A stretch of DNA of 64,000 nucleotides from Eremomyces bilateralis CBS 781.70. Its lineage: Eukaryota. The notes beneath the pieces are model-generated. The model was not told where the DNA came from and ran no database searches. It saw only the letters and a program-made list of their open reading frames with translations. Both the position numbers and the translations under genes were made by a program. The stretch lies in assembly GCA_010015585.1 (NCBI GenBank), contig ML975151.1, one strand, 5' to 3'. This document shows positions 1-10,319 of the stretch, piece by piece (the first letter of the stretch is position 1; the number at the start of each line of letters is the position of its first letter).

Positions 1-1128
1 TCGCCTTGTTCATGGGGTCCGTCCTTCTTGCAGAGCAAGACCTGCGTGGGCGAGTACCTTCCTCCGTGCGAAAAGTCTCACCAGGAAATGATGCGGAGAG
101 AAAGGATGCCCTCTGGACCGAATTCCCACTGTGCTAAATCGTGGAGTTCTTTGGAGACCCACGACAGGATGTTTTCTTCAAAACATCGACTTTTGGGGGG
201 ATGGCTGTCTAGCTATTTGGTGTCTTGGTCACTGATCGTGATACTACGTTAATCTAGCCATGCTTTCAGATACTCATTCGGGGAAGTGCACGTCCCCTTG
301 AAATCGTATGTCAAACCAAAGCACCTCTTGCCACACCCGATGGCCCTCCAGGCTCCCTGATGTAGATGACCTCAAGTGGGTTTTCGCGGAAGGACTCGGT
401 CAGAGATTTCTTCTGCAAGAGTTTAGTCGCTAACCCAAAGATAAGGAGGCATTATACCTACCCGGGCTCCAGGCGCGTCATTCAGCCCGAGGAAGCGGAG
501 ATTGAAAACAGGAATCTTGTTGGTTGGACCGCCTGGCCAATACCTCATTGATGAGTCGAATACTGCCATTCTCAGGGATGCCAACAAGCAATGGACTCTG
601 GCTCGAAGCTATTCTGACTAGCTTGGATAGGTGGCCAAGATATCACGGCAACTCAGAAGTTGTTCTGGTAGTTGATGTTGATATTGATGTGGAGAAGGAA
701 GAAGAATAAAGGATGGAGAATGACGAATGAAGGACAAAACAAAAACAGAAGGATAACGATTAGGTATCATGATCAAATATGATAATATATCTCATGCTGT
801 GCGGTTAATTCGAACTGAAAGCGGCTCAGAAGGGAATAACTGACGATGAATTCTTTGTGATGGAAGATAGGGGATCAAACCCGAACTAGACTCGGCCTCC
901 AAGCAGCAACCTGACCGCCATGCAATGCTATAATTACTAAAGAACTAAACCGAGAACGCAAATCAGTGTACTGTGACCTTCCACCGAGTGGATATCTAGG
1001 AAATGATGTCCACTGATAAGTTGGCGGCTTGAACTGGATAAGTGAGGGGAGAAGGTGAAAGGAGCAAGAGGAAGATTGTTGATATTATCTCCATTTTCCT
1101 TCCTAACCTTAAGCAGACGTCGTGCCAA
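1..1128 (-). pseudogene. Degenerate gene of an uncharacterised fungal family (WxFGPxG...GDFS C-terminal motif); runs off the window start
   Basis: Minus-strand translation of ~1-190 reads EENILSWVSKELHDLAQWEFGPEGILSLRIISW*DFSHGGRYSPTQVLLCKK, with TGA where Gly is expected. Further broken ORF pieces extend to ~1128. The upstream boundary is uncertain. Confidence 0.4.
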
Positions 1129-1416
1129 TGCTTTCTGGATACCGGGATTTTACAGGTGAGGGCTTTATAGGGAAGGCCTGATAAGGAAGATCTTGAGATA
1201 GGTGTTATAAGTAAGAACGGAATATAGCTAGGAATTCTTTTATATCTTGAGAATTGGGGCAGAATTTGGCGGTAGTACGAATACCGACAGCGATAACTAT
1301 ACCTTAGGTACTAATTGTCGAACCTTGCTCTATCTACCCTTCTTCTAGATTCCCAGGGGCGTCCCTTTTGGGGGTTTGGCTTGGTTGGGTAGATTCATCA
1401 CTAATATCATGTAAAT

Positions 1417-2223
1417 CTAAACCTGAACCCGCGATGTGTACGCTTCGGACCCAGTATGACAGACTTCTGTTCCCCCGGCCCGAACCAGTTAGGGGATATC
1501 AGACACAACAGCGGAAAGGCCCGCACCGGATGATCCAGAACGAGTATCGAGCAAAATGGAGGGAGAGATGCCAAGCCGAAGCGGCCAGACCAGGAAGGAG
1601 AGCAAGGACATGGAAGGACCCGTGGGAAACCCAGTGCCTTAACCGGTACGACGGCCTTCAGAAACACGAGGCCTCGGCGCTCATGGCACTACGGACTAAG
1701 GTAGTTGGAGTTAAAGGATGGCTCGCAAAAATTGGTGTCCCTGGAATCCACCCAGCGTGTGAGTGCGGTGCCCCCCGACAGTCTCTCTACCATCTCCTTG
1801 CATTTTGCCCGCAGCGGACCGACCAGAGGATCGCGCTCCTCCAACGAGCTGGAACAACGGACTTTAAGAGGATATTGCATGACAGGGACAAGGTGCGCCA
1901 CGCAGCAAGGTGGCTGATCGATGCGGGAGGCCTAGAGCAATACCGGGTGGCCAAGGAAGTTGAGGAGGAGGTAATAGAGGACTGGAAACCGTTCCAGCTC
2001 CTCCACGACGTGCCAGAATAAGCTCTCCGCGTAGGCGGAAACACCGACTCGTACGGATAGATGATAAACGTTTGAGATAGTCTACTAAAGGGAGGAGGCG
2101 GGATTTTATGTACCCGCAGCCTCAGGGCTACGGGGAGACTTTTGCCCGCGGCAGACCAGATAGAATGCCGTGCTCATAGACCCGAAAGGGATCCAGATAG
2201 TACGTTAAATTGATTCTTATTAT
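1417..2223 (+). mobile_element. 5'-truncated non-LTR retrotransposon (LINE, Tad1-like): ORF2 C-terminus, 3' UTR and short TTA tail
   Basis: The ORF ending at 2021 has the C-terminal zinc knuckle CECG..QSLYHLLAFCP. A perfect 15-bp target-site duplication TAATATCATGTAAAT lies at 1402-1416 and 2224-2238. The terminal ~70 nt recur at 12730-12799, followed by (TTA)n. Confidence 0.9.
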
Positions 2224-2629
2224 TAATATCATGTAAATTGTGAATACTATTTGCTATGTGTTTGCCAATGATTTTGGTTTATGGTAATCTAAGCTGTAAA
2301 CTAAGGCGATCGTATTACTACCATATCGATGAACGTTGGGATATGGGGACTTTATAGGTGAGTACTTATCCCCAATTCTTGACCACCACATTCTTTCATA
2401 CCCACCGGTATCTACCTACTTTACTATCTTATTATCGCAATTACAGGTAATGAGGTGCCGTATAGTAATCTTGGCCCATAACACGATGGCTTACTAGGGA
2501 GCAGAGAGATGAGTATTGGCATGTGCCTACTACCCCTTGATCATCAATTGTACCCCATATCAAAAGCCTTATAGTTCAACGCCGAGTCCTCATTGGACAG
2601 CAAGTATCAAAACTCGCTCATCTATAATT

Positions 2630-3480
2630 ATCAATAAGCGGCCAGGCTTAATAGCCATTGGTTAGTCTGCAGAGATCTCTAAACACGAAGATTCACACCT
2701 CGTCAAACATCCCAAGTACTTTCCTGGACACTCCACATACAACGAGATGTACCATGACCTTATCGCCACCGAGAGAACCATCTATGAGCGCCTAGGTGAC
2801 CATGAAGGTATCATTAAGTACCTCGGAATTAACTATGAGAGCACTGGGGCGATCAAATTGGCGTATACGAGACAAGGACGGCTGTCAAAATACATCAAAA
2901 CCATGATACCCCATCTCAATCATTTCGCGATGCATGGATTCGCTCCTTGATCGAAATATTCTACCACATCTATTCCTGCAAGGTTCTCCACCAAAACATC
3001 AAGCTCAGTCACATCCTCGTGGGGGACGACTGTTTGAAGGTCACCGATTTTGCCAACGGCGCCATCCTTCCCCCCGATGCCGATATGGAAGCAATTTGCG
3101 CCGATGGTCCGCTGTCCAAGGTTGATTTACTCTGCCTTGGCTGATTCATATATTCCATAACCACCTGAGGAGTCTTTATGTACGATTATTTCGAACACAA
3201 ACGTTGGTTGGAGCCGGGAGAGCTACCACTGATAGGCGACATCCCGTTGGGCCAAATTGTTGGGAAATGTTAGCATAACAGGTATAGCACCATGGCATCA
3301 CTTTACGAGGATGCCATTGCTTGTCAAGGTCAGAGACGTCAGATGAGCACGGAATTACCGGACACTCGTTTATCGTCTCGTCCAACGAACGGAATTGTGT
3401 ATGTGACTGAGAAACGTTTCTTGCAGACTTATGTAAATTTCCCTCTTTCTCGATCCGCGGGTGGTTGGGTCCCTGCCTAA
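2630..3480 (+). pseudogene. Ser/Thr protein kinase-like pseudogene
   Basis: Fragments read IAIG*SAEI...ERTIYERLGDHEGIIKYLG, then after a frameshift near 2900 VLHQNIKLSHILV...KVTDFANG...KVDLLCLG*FIYSITT*. There are several in-frame stops and the catalytic loop is degenerate. Confidence 0.75.
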
Positions 3481-3724
3481 GGAATTCAGGGCGAATGCTT
3501 CGAGACAACAATGCAGGAGGAGATGATAGCTCTCAGTTTGCTCGTGCCAGACCACGAACTAGGCGGCAAGAACCAGTGGAATCAGTGGACTGATCGAGTT
3601 ATGCAAACTCAAACCAGGCATTTCTCAGGTCGGCTAGAAGCGGAGCAACGATGATACTTGTGAATCGTGGATCTGAACGCCATTCAATACTATCATAAGC
3701 ATAGAACGGAACCGAGGACCTGAA

Positions 3725-5515
3725 TCAGTGTGCTGTGATCTTCCATCCCTCTCTCAAAAACGTCCGAACCATGAAAATTGCCGACAAAACCACTCCCATC
3801 AAACTCAATGCAATCGCGATATAGAACGCGCTTCTGATCCCTTTCTCCAACCTCGCCGGATCATTCCTCGCAATACTCACCTCCACCGTTCCCGCGATCC
3901 CCAACGCGATCGAAATCGAGTAGTTCACCACCGTATTAATCAACGACCCCGCTAGCCCCTGATGTTCCGGCGGCAGATGATTCGACACGATCACGCTGGC
4001 TGCCGGAAACGACATGTCCATTCCAAACGGCATGATCAAGATGCTGACGAACAGCTGCGCCCAGTACGTCTGCCGCACGGGCATCATCGCCGCGACGACG
4101 ATGCCGACGCAGAACACCAGCATCGAGAGCAGCATCGGCAGCGTGACGGGTGCGTGCGTAAGGAGGAACCCTGTGGCTGCGGTGCACATCAGCCCGCTGA
4201 AGATCGCGGGGATATACTGCGCCGAGATGGTGAGTGGCGATTCTCCACGGAGGGAGATGGCGAAGCGGAAGACGTAGAACACCCAGATGCCGAAGGCGGC
4301 CCAGCCGAAACCGACGAGCGCGAGGACGTAGCCGACGGTGCTGTTGAGCGCGTGGAAAGGGACTATGGGATCCGTGGCGCGCTGCTCGACCCAGACGAAG
4401 GCGACGAGGAAGAGGAGGCCGATGAGGAGGAGGAAGTAGACGTGCGGGGTATCCCAGCCGAAGAGGGGGCCATTGTTCCAGGCGACGTTGACGAGGATGA
4501 GCCCGGTGACACCGACGACCGAGCCGGTGGCGTCGAAGGTGGGAGGGTTGGTCGGGCGCACGCTGAGGGCTTTGGGGATGATGATCGTGGAGAGGACGCC
4601 GAGGCCGAAGCAGGCGAGCGCGAACGACCAGAAGGCCCACGGCCACCATGCGTATTGGGCGAAGACGCTGCCGCTCAACGCACCGATGACGAACCCCATA
4701 GGCGCGAGCCCACCGAACACCGCGAAGGCGATGTTCTTCTTCAGCCCCGGGGGATACGCGCGGGCGAGCAGCGCCATGCCGTTGGGCATCAGAAGCGCGG
4801 GTCCAATTCCCTGCATGGCACGGCAGATATCGAAGAACACCTGTTTTCTGGGATACGCGCTGAACCCGGCGAACGCGCTCCAGCACCCGAACCATAGCCA
4901 TCCGACGGTGAAGATTCGTTTGTGGCCCATAATATCTCCCAAGCGACCGGAGATCATGATGAAGGTGCCAACCGTAAGCGAGTACGCCGCGACAAACCAA
5001 GACAACTCGCCCGGGTTTGTACTCGCAAACTCCTCGCCGATGTTGTCCAGTGGTGCCAGTGCTTGGCCCAGTGCTGCTTGCGTCATGAAATGGGAGATGC
5101 CGATAAGCACGATGAAGAGGATGTCCTTGGGCAAGGTCGTCTGGATCCCACTGTGCGGGAACTTCTGCAGTTCTTTCATATCGGGTGGAGCCTTCATCTC
5201 CGGACCTGGATAGGATGATGACGGCGGCAGCAGGTATGGGATTGACGGATCGGGATGGAGCGCGCTCTGCGTCGGTGCCAGCGTCGTTTCGCTGACTTGG
5301 AAGTCACCATGACTATCGGCGGCGATGGAGTCGACCCTTGATTGAAGGGGGACGTGTCGTTGCTTATACATTGAAGAGATGGGGCTATAGCCGACCGGCG
5401 TGGTGGTCATGGAGGGAGGGGGCCTGTATTCGCCTAGGTCGGTCCTGATGGTATTTCGCGGTTGGGCCATCTTGCCTTTCGATACTGATGGAATATGGCC
5501 TTCTGGGTTCATCAT
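3725..5515 (-). CDS. MFS drug:H+ antiporter, DHA2 / ATR1 (aminotriazole-resistance)-like
   Basis: Intronless 596-aa ORF with many hydrophobic segments and the motifs SWFVAAYSLTVGTFIMISGRLGDIMGHK, RAMQGIGPA, FGMDMSFPAA and HQGLAGSLINTVVNYSISIALG. Confidence 0.92.
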   Translation of the reverse strand: MMNPEGHIPSVSKGKMAQPRNTIRTDLGEYRPPPSMTTTPVGYSPISSMYKQRHVPLQSRVDSIAADSHGDFQVSETTLAPTQSALHPDPSIPYLLPPSSSYPGPEMKAPPDMKELQKFPHSGIQTTLPKDILFIVLIGISHFMTQAALGQALAPLDNIGEEFASTNPGELSWFVAAYSLTVGTFIMISGRLGDIMGHKRIFTVGWLWFGCWSAFAGFSAYPRKQVFFDICRAMQGIGPALLMPNGMALLARAYPPGLKKNIAFAVFGGLAPMGFVIGALSGSVFAQYAWWPWAFWSFALACFGLGVLSTIIIPKALSVRPTNPPTFDATGSVVGVTGLILVNVAWNNGPLFGWDTPHVYFLLLIGLLFLVAFVWVEQRATDPIVPFHALNSTVGYVLALVGFGWAAFGIWVFYVFRFAISLRGESPLTISAQYIPAIFSGLMCTAATGFLLTHAPVTLPMLLSMLVFCVGIVVAAMMPVRQTYWAQLFVSILIMPFGMDMSFPAASVIVSNHLPPEHQGLAGSLINTVVNYSISIALGIAGTVEVSIARNDPARLEKGIRSAFYIAIALSLMGVVLSAIFMVRTFLREGWKITAH

Positions 5516-6107
5516 TATGGTGTGGCTTAGGGGATAACGGATTATATAAATTCGAAGGGCTGAAGATGGAATGCAAGATACAGCATAGCAATCAGGGAGC
5601 GACTAAATAATAGAATATATAGACAGAATAAAGCGAACCACCATAAAAAGAAATACGACGATAAAAGAATTACGTGTTCCATATATCCATACTTCCCTTC
5701 TTGAAACTCGCCCGCATTGTGGTGCAACCCAACAAGCACCCACAACTCCATCTGGATCTTTGTTAGACATCTGGCCCGTTGAAGAACAAGCGCGGAAGTT
5801 CGAGATGCGAGAGCGCTCTATTCTGGGTGCATCAGCATAGGAAGCAAGTCTCCTTCGATGCACAGCGGCACATCTGGGGTTCTGGGGAGCCGGAGATCAG
5901 GCTGCCTGTACACTGTGTACGACGGTGGCCTCGATGTCAGACCCGACTAGGTGGTGGTGGATAGCGTAAGACTTTGGGACAACCGATCATAACTCGAGGC
6001 AGCGTGTAATGTTACAGATGGAACGTAGAAGAGGAATCGTTGACATATTTTTGGCGCCAAGCGTCACCTTTGGCCCTCTCTTCACGAAGCTGGGATGGAG
6101 TGATATT

Positions 6108-6505
6108 GGAGAGGTTTTGCAACCTCGAAAACCATTTTACAACTCCACTACAACCCACCTTTCTGTTAGCCATAGGTCCTAATGGAGTTTACGGTGTAAA
6201 TTTTAATGACCCACAGTTGTAACTCATTTACAACAGTTGTAATCGAGTTACAACTGGTTGTAAATGTGCTAACGAACTTTCGTGAAGTTTGATTGGCCGG
6301 AACCAAAGGTTTTTATGCCTTAGGCCACAATGTTGATGCCTTAAAATTATTTTTTACAACTTTTACAACTTTTTGTTGCCTCGTTGCCTCAGGCTCAATA
6401 TTATAGTTTATACGCTAACTAACCTTATATAGAGATATTAACCGCTTTTTTTGTGGAGTTGTATATCGAGTTGTAAAATGGTTTTCGAGGTTGCAAAACC
6501 TCTCC
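6108..6505. mobile_element. MITE (non-autonomous DNA transposon), 398 bp
   Basis: Perfect 38-bp terminal inverted repeats (GGAGAGGTTTTGCAACCTCGAAAACCATTTTACAACTC at 6108-6145; reverse complement at 6468-6505). ATT flanks both ends (6105-6107, 6506-6508). The interior is AT-rich and non-coding with many TACAAC/GTTGTA sub-repeats. Confidence 0.9.
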
Positions 6506-6580
6506 ATTGAAATGTGGCCGACGTGACACGGTCTGGATGCGCAAGGTCTGCGATTACCAAGTTCCATTAATCTAAACTGA

Positions 6581-6597
6581 AGAGAGAGAGAGAGAGA
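6581..6597. repeat. (AG)8 microsatellite
   Basis: Seen directly: AGAGAGAGAGAGAGAGA. Confidence 0.9.
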
Positions 6598-6831
6598 AAA
6601 AATCTCCCGGCACCTTTGTGCGCGAGATAGCGACTCTCCTCTCCAATGCCCTACTGCTGTGTTACCATGTTTGTTTGCTTCTCTGATATAATCCACCAGC
6701 CACGTCTTCAGCCACAACCAAGGGAACAGGCCGCAGGCCTGGGACCATAACACGACGGTTGGGTTTGGCGCTCGGTATCGGGCCGGCGGTGGGTCTGGGC
6801 GGGTTCTCCCCTTCTCGGAGTGCCAAATTTA

Positions 6832-8685
6832 AGTCAACAGCCCCCGTTTTCGTGCACCCCTGTTTTCGTGCAAACCAAAATAGGTAAATTTCTGTAGATC
6901 TATACTCTACTTCATCAATCAATTCAACATGATGAGATGCTATACTGAAAATGCCTCGTGTGAATGAAGTCGCTATACAGCTCGCTATACAGGCATTTCA
7001 TGATGAAAATTCGATTCCTTAAACCAATGCGCGGATGAATACGGCATCAAGAGATCAACGCTTCGCTCCCGACTGAATGGCTCAATATCCCACCAGGATG
7101 AAGCTAAAAGGTTTCAAAAATTGTCTCCAGGTCAGGAGAAATGGCTCGTCGAGTGGATTATAGAAGAAGATGTCGCTGCTAGGGCTCCTTCGCACGCAAG
7201 AGTCGGTCAAATGGCAGAAGCAATCGCCAGAGAAAGTGGAGATGACACCCCTTGCGGCAACCATTGGTCCGAGGGCTTTATACGACGAAATCCCGAAGTA
7301 AAAACCATGGTAGGGCGATCGATCGAGGCCTCTCGCGTAAATTGCGCATCGAAAGAAGTTATCCAGGAGTTCTTTGAGACCTATCGACGCGTTTGTACGA
7401 ATTACAATATCAAAATCGCTAACCAATGGAATTTCGATGAACATGGACTCTCCCTTCGATGCGGGACCAACGGAAGAGTAATCGCCCCTGCTCAGACTTC
7501 GTCCAAAGGACGTAAAAAAGGCCATACGTACATCAAATCGCCAGAGGATCGCGAATGGGTCTTGGTGCTTGAGGCTATCTCCGCGGCCGGCCGCACAATC
7601 TCCCCCCTGATCATTTTCAAAGGAAAATCGGCCCAATCTTCATAGTTTCAACCACAGGAGGAATATATACCAAACTGGCACTACACGAGCTCTGAAAACG
7701 CGTGGACTTCTAACGAAATCGGCCTTCAATGGATGGAAAAGAAGTTCTTGCCCGAGAGCAAGCCCCTAGACTTCCCCGCGGACGAATGGCGACTTTTAGT
7801 GCGCGATGGACACGGTTCTCACGCCACGGTAGAGATCATGAAGTTGGCCAAGGAAAACCGAGTATATCTTTTGTTTTTGCCCGCTCACACGTCCCACCTC
7901 CTGCAGCCCCTGGATGTTTCGGTTTTTTCGCCCCTGAAGTCAAAATACTGCAAAGAATTGAGTCAATTGTCATCTCTTGACGACTCTGCGCCTGTAAAGA
8001 AGCATAACTTTATTTCTATATATCATAAATCACGAATACAGGCTCTGAATATACATAATATCCGTGCGGGATTCCGTGGCACCGGCATGGTTCCGTACAA
8101 CCCCGAAAAAGTCCTGAACAGCACCCATTTGAACGAGAATCACGTAATACAGCGTCCTATTACCTCTGAGCCTACTTTTCCTACATTGTTTCATACGCCA
8201 AAAGGGCCCCAAGACGTATGTCTCCAAAAATATGATGGGATGGGGGGGAGGGATTTTCGGGGCTTTCAGGGGAAAGTTGCGAAGGCGTTTTCGGCGAAGA
8301 ATACTGAAATTGCACAGCTGAAGGCGGAGATTCAGAAACTTCAGAATACAGTGACAGATCTAGGCGGACCTATAGGGAAAAAGAGAAAAAGAGTTCAGCC
8401 CGATCTGAACGAAAGATTCGTTCAACTCGATCAGATCCTTCATGCGCAAAAGGAGGCGCAAAAGGCGGAAGAAAAGGCCGCAAAACGACGAATGAGCTCG
8501 GAGGAGACATCACGAAAATTACAGGAGGCTACCTTCGAGTTTATGTGTTTTGAATTCCAAATTTAACTATACAAAAATAATATGGCAGGCGTTGAATTAC
8601 CCAAAATCTGTCCCATACCGTGTCTGGTTGAAGTTTTGAGGGGGTGCACGAAAACAAGGGTGCACGAAAATGGGGGCCGCTGACT
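6832..8685 (+). mobile_element. Fot1/pogo-family DNA transposon (~1.85 kb)
   Basis: ~41-bp imperfect TIRs (AGTCAACAGCCCCCGTTTTCGTGCACCCCTGTTTTCGTGCA / ...TGCACGAAAATGGGGGCCGCTGACT) with an internal TTTTCGTGCA direct repeat. TA target duplication at 6830-6831 and 8686-8687. It encodes a DDE_1 transposase. Confidence 0.93.
6951..8566 (+). pseudogene. Fot1/pogo transposase (HTH + DDE_1), inactivated
   Basis: Motifs WNFDEHG, REWVLVLEAISAAGRTISPLIIFKGK, LLVRDGHGSH and LPAHTSHLLQPLDVSVFSPLK. There is a frameshift near 7020 and a TAG stop at 7643-7645 (likely from TGG). Confidence 0.9.
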
Positions 8686-10319
8686 TACTGCAGCACGCCG
8701 TACTGTGCTCGACGGAAGACGGAAGGGCCGAATTCCATTGGCTTTTGAATGACGTATGCCGCCTGCTGTCCCTCGACTTCAGCCTCCTCCTCCACCCTAA
8801 AATTAATCACTTGCCAACCTCCTACAGCACCTAGGCACCTCTGTTCCCGTGTCAGATCCTACATCTGCACCAGCTACGACTGCTGTAACTACTTCTATCC
8901 CTCTCTCAGTCCCTGCGCCTGTTCCCATGCCAATTCTTACATCTACACCAATTACGAATCCTGTAACTACTTCTGTATCTTTGTCAGTCTCTGCACCTAT
9001 TCTAGTGTCTTCTCTTACCCCTTCTCCTTTGTCTTCACCGTTGTCTGTTACTGTGTCTGTTGCTGCGGCTCCATTTCATCAACAGCCTACCTGGCAACCT
9101 CTCTCGTTAGAAGAGTTCTTAGCTGATCTCGAGCATCGACGACTTCAGCCCGTCCTATATGACTGTAGTAACATAAACTCATTGACCAATATTTTAGCTG
9201 AGACAGGACGGGAAAATGACCCCACTGAACTGGCTGAAGCACGGAACATATGGCTCTCGGTACAAGTGGAGTATACGCTTCCTGCACCTCAATAATGGCA
9301 TGGAATTACCATTTTGGAAATATGGAAAATTTCTACGCCGAAAGAATTGCACAAGTCGATGCACAAAATTCTCTTTTTGGGTCTGGGGATGTGCGCAGGC
9401 AGCATCCTAAGCAGAGTCGGCTTCAAATGCTTGGAAAGGACTTAGCCCGCGCAAGAGACAGCGACGTCAGTAGAATATTATAAATGACGAGAAATCGAGA
9501 TGCGCTTCAAAGTCCTTCAGTCGGACGAGAGTTCAATAGTGACACATAAAATATTACTAGTAAGAATTAATTAGGAAACGGAGAGGACAAATCTCAAAAA
9601 CAGGGGGACAAAGAATCTCAGCAGCCTTCCGAGGTATTGGTACAATACAATGCAATAGATACTAGTTTTATTGAATTATTGTCGCAGGCCAAAGCATTAG
9701 CTCTAGGAGCATGAGGCTACAAACTGCATTAATAATCTTGTCGTGAGTCTCGTAATTATATCTGCAAACCTCATCGACCCGGCATGACTTTCGGGTTCGG
9801 CAGTCGCACCAATCGGCGAATCGTCGGCATAAAGTGAACCATCCCTTGGCGCCGCAAATCGAATTGTGGTATTTTTCCAACAAAAACTTGCACGGACTCG
9901 CGCTGACTAACCGCACTGCCCATATACAACACTGAACACGGTGTATTGAAAGTGATCCCCATGATTAGGATGCACCCACATTGCACTCGCGAATTCTTTC
10001 CTACCAACTTCATCTTTGAATGGTGTCGTCCATTGCCGACCTTTGGCCGTCCTGGTCTATCGAATGGGAAAGACGGTCTAGGATTGCCTAGGGCACATGC
10101 CTGGCAGCATCAGGGAGATGTGCCGCTGAAGGAGGCGGGAGCCCATTCCGGCTCGCCGGTCCTCCTAGACGGCTCGAGACGTATTCCCCTGAGTGGGCTT
10201 TCGAGGAGATGGAGGGAAACATTATTAGTACTATGTTCTCTTCTTCGCCGCTTCTCGGCGCTCTAATCGTTAACTCTGTCCTGTTCTTTGGTCGTCGACC
10301 GTCATTTCCTACCGCCGTA

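Larger units (their letters stand above)
6700..9483 (+). pseudogene. Unknown multi-exon gene interrupted by the Fot1 element (Ser/Thr/Pro-rich middle region)
   Basis: Removing the transposon and one TA gives a continuous frame, ...HDGWVWRSVSGRRWVWAGSPLLGVPNL|LQHAVLCSTEDGRAEFHWLLND. A phase-0 GTATGC...CTACAG intron then joins it to HLGTSVPVSDPTSAPATT (the 8849 ORF). Internal TAA stops are present. Confidence 0.35.

Noticed and set aside
3936..5213. Long alternative-frame and antisense ORFs over the MFS gene (354, 311, 246 aa), and similar ones over SCC3, ureD, eIF4B, the arrestin and others
   Set aside because: They are shadows of GC-rich, skewed codon usage with low-complexity Pro/Arg/Gly translations and no recognisable domains.
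9660..10319. Starship left terminus (short direct repeat/TIR or 5S rDNA target) paired with a right end at 22.2-22.9 kb
   Set aside because: I found no convincing matching repeat or 5S fragment by eye; the boundaries need an empty-site alignment.
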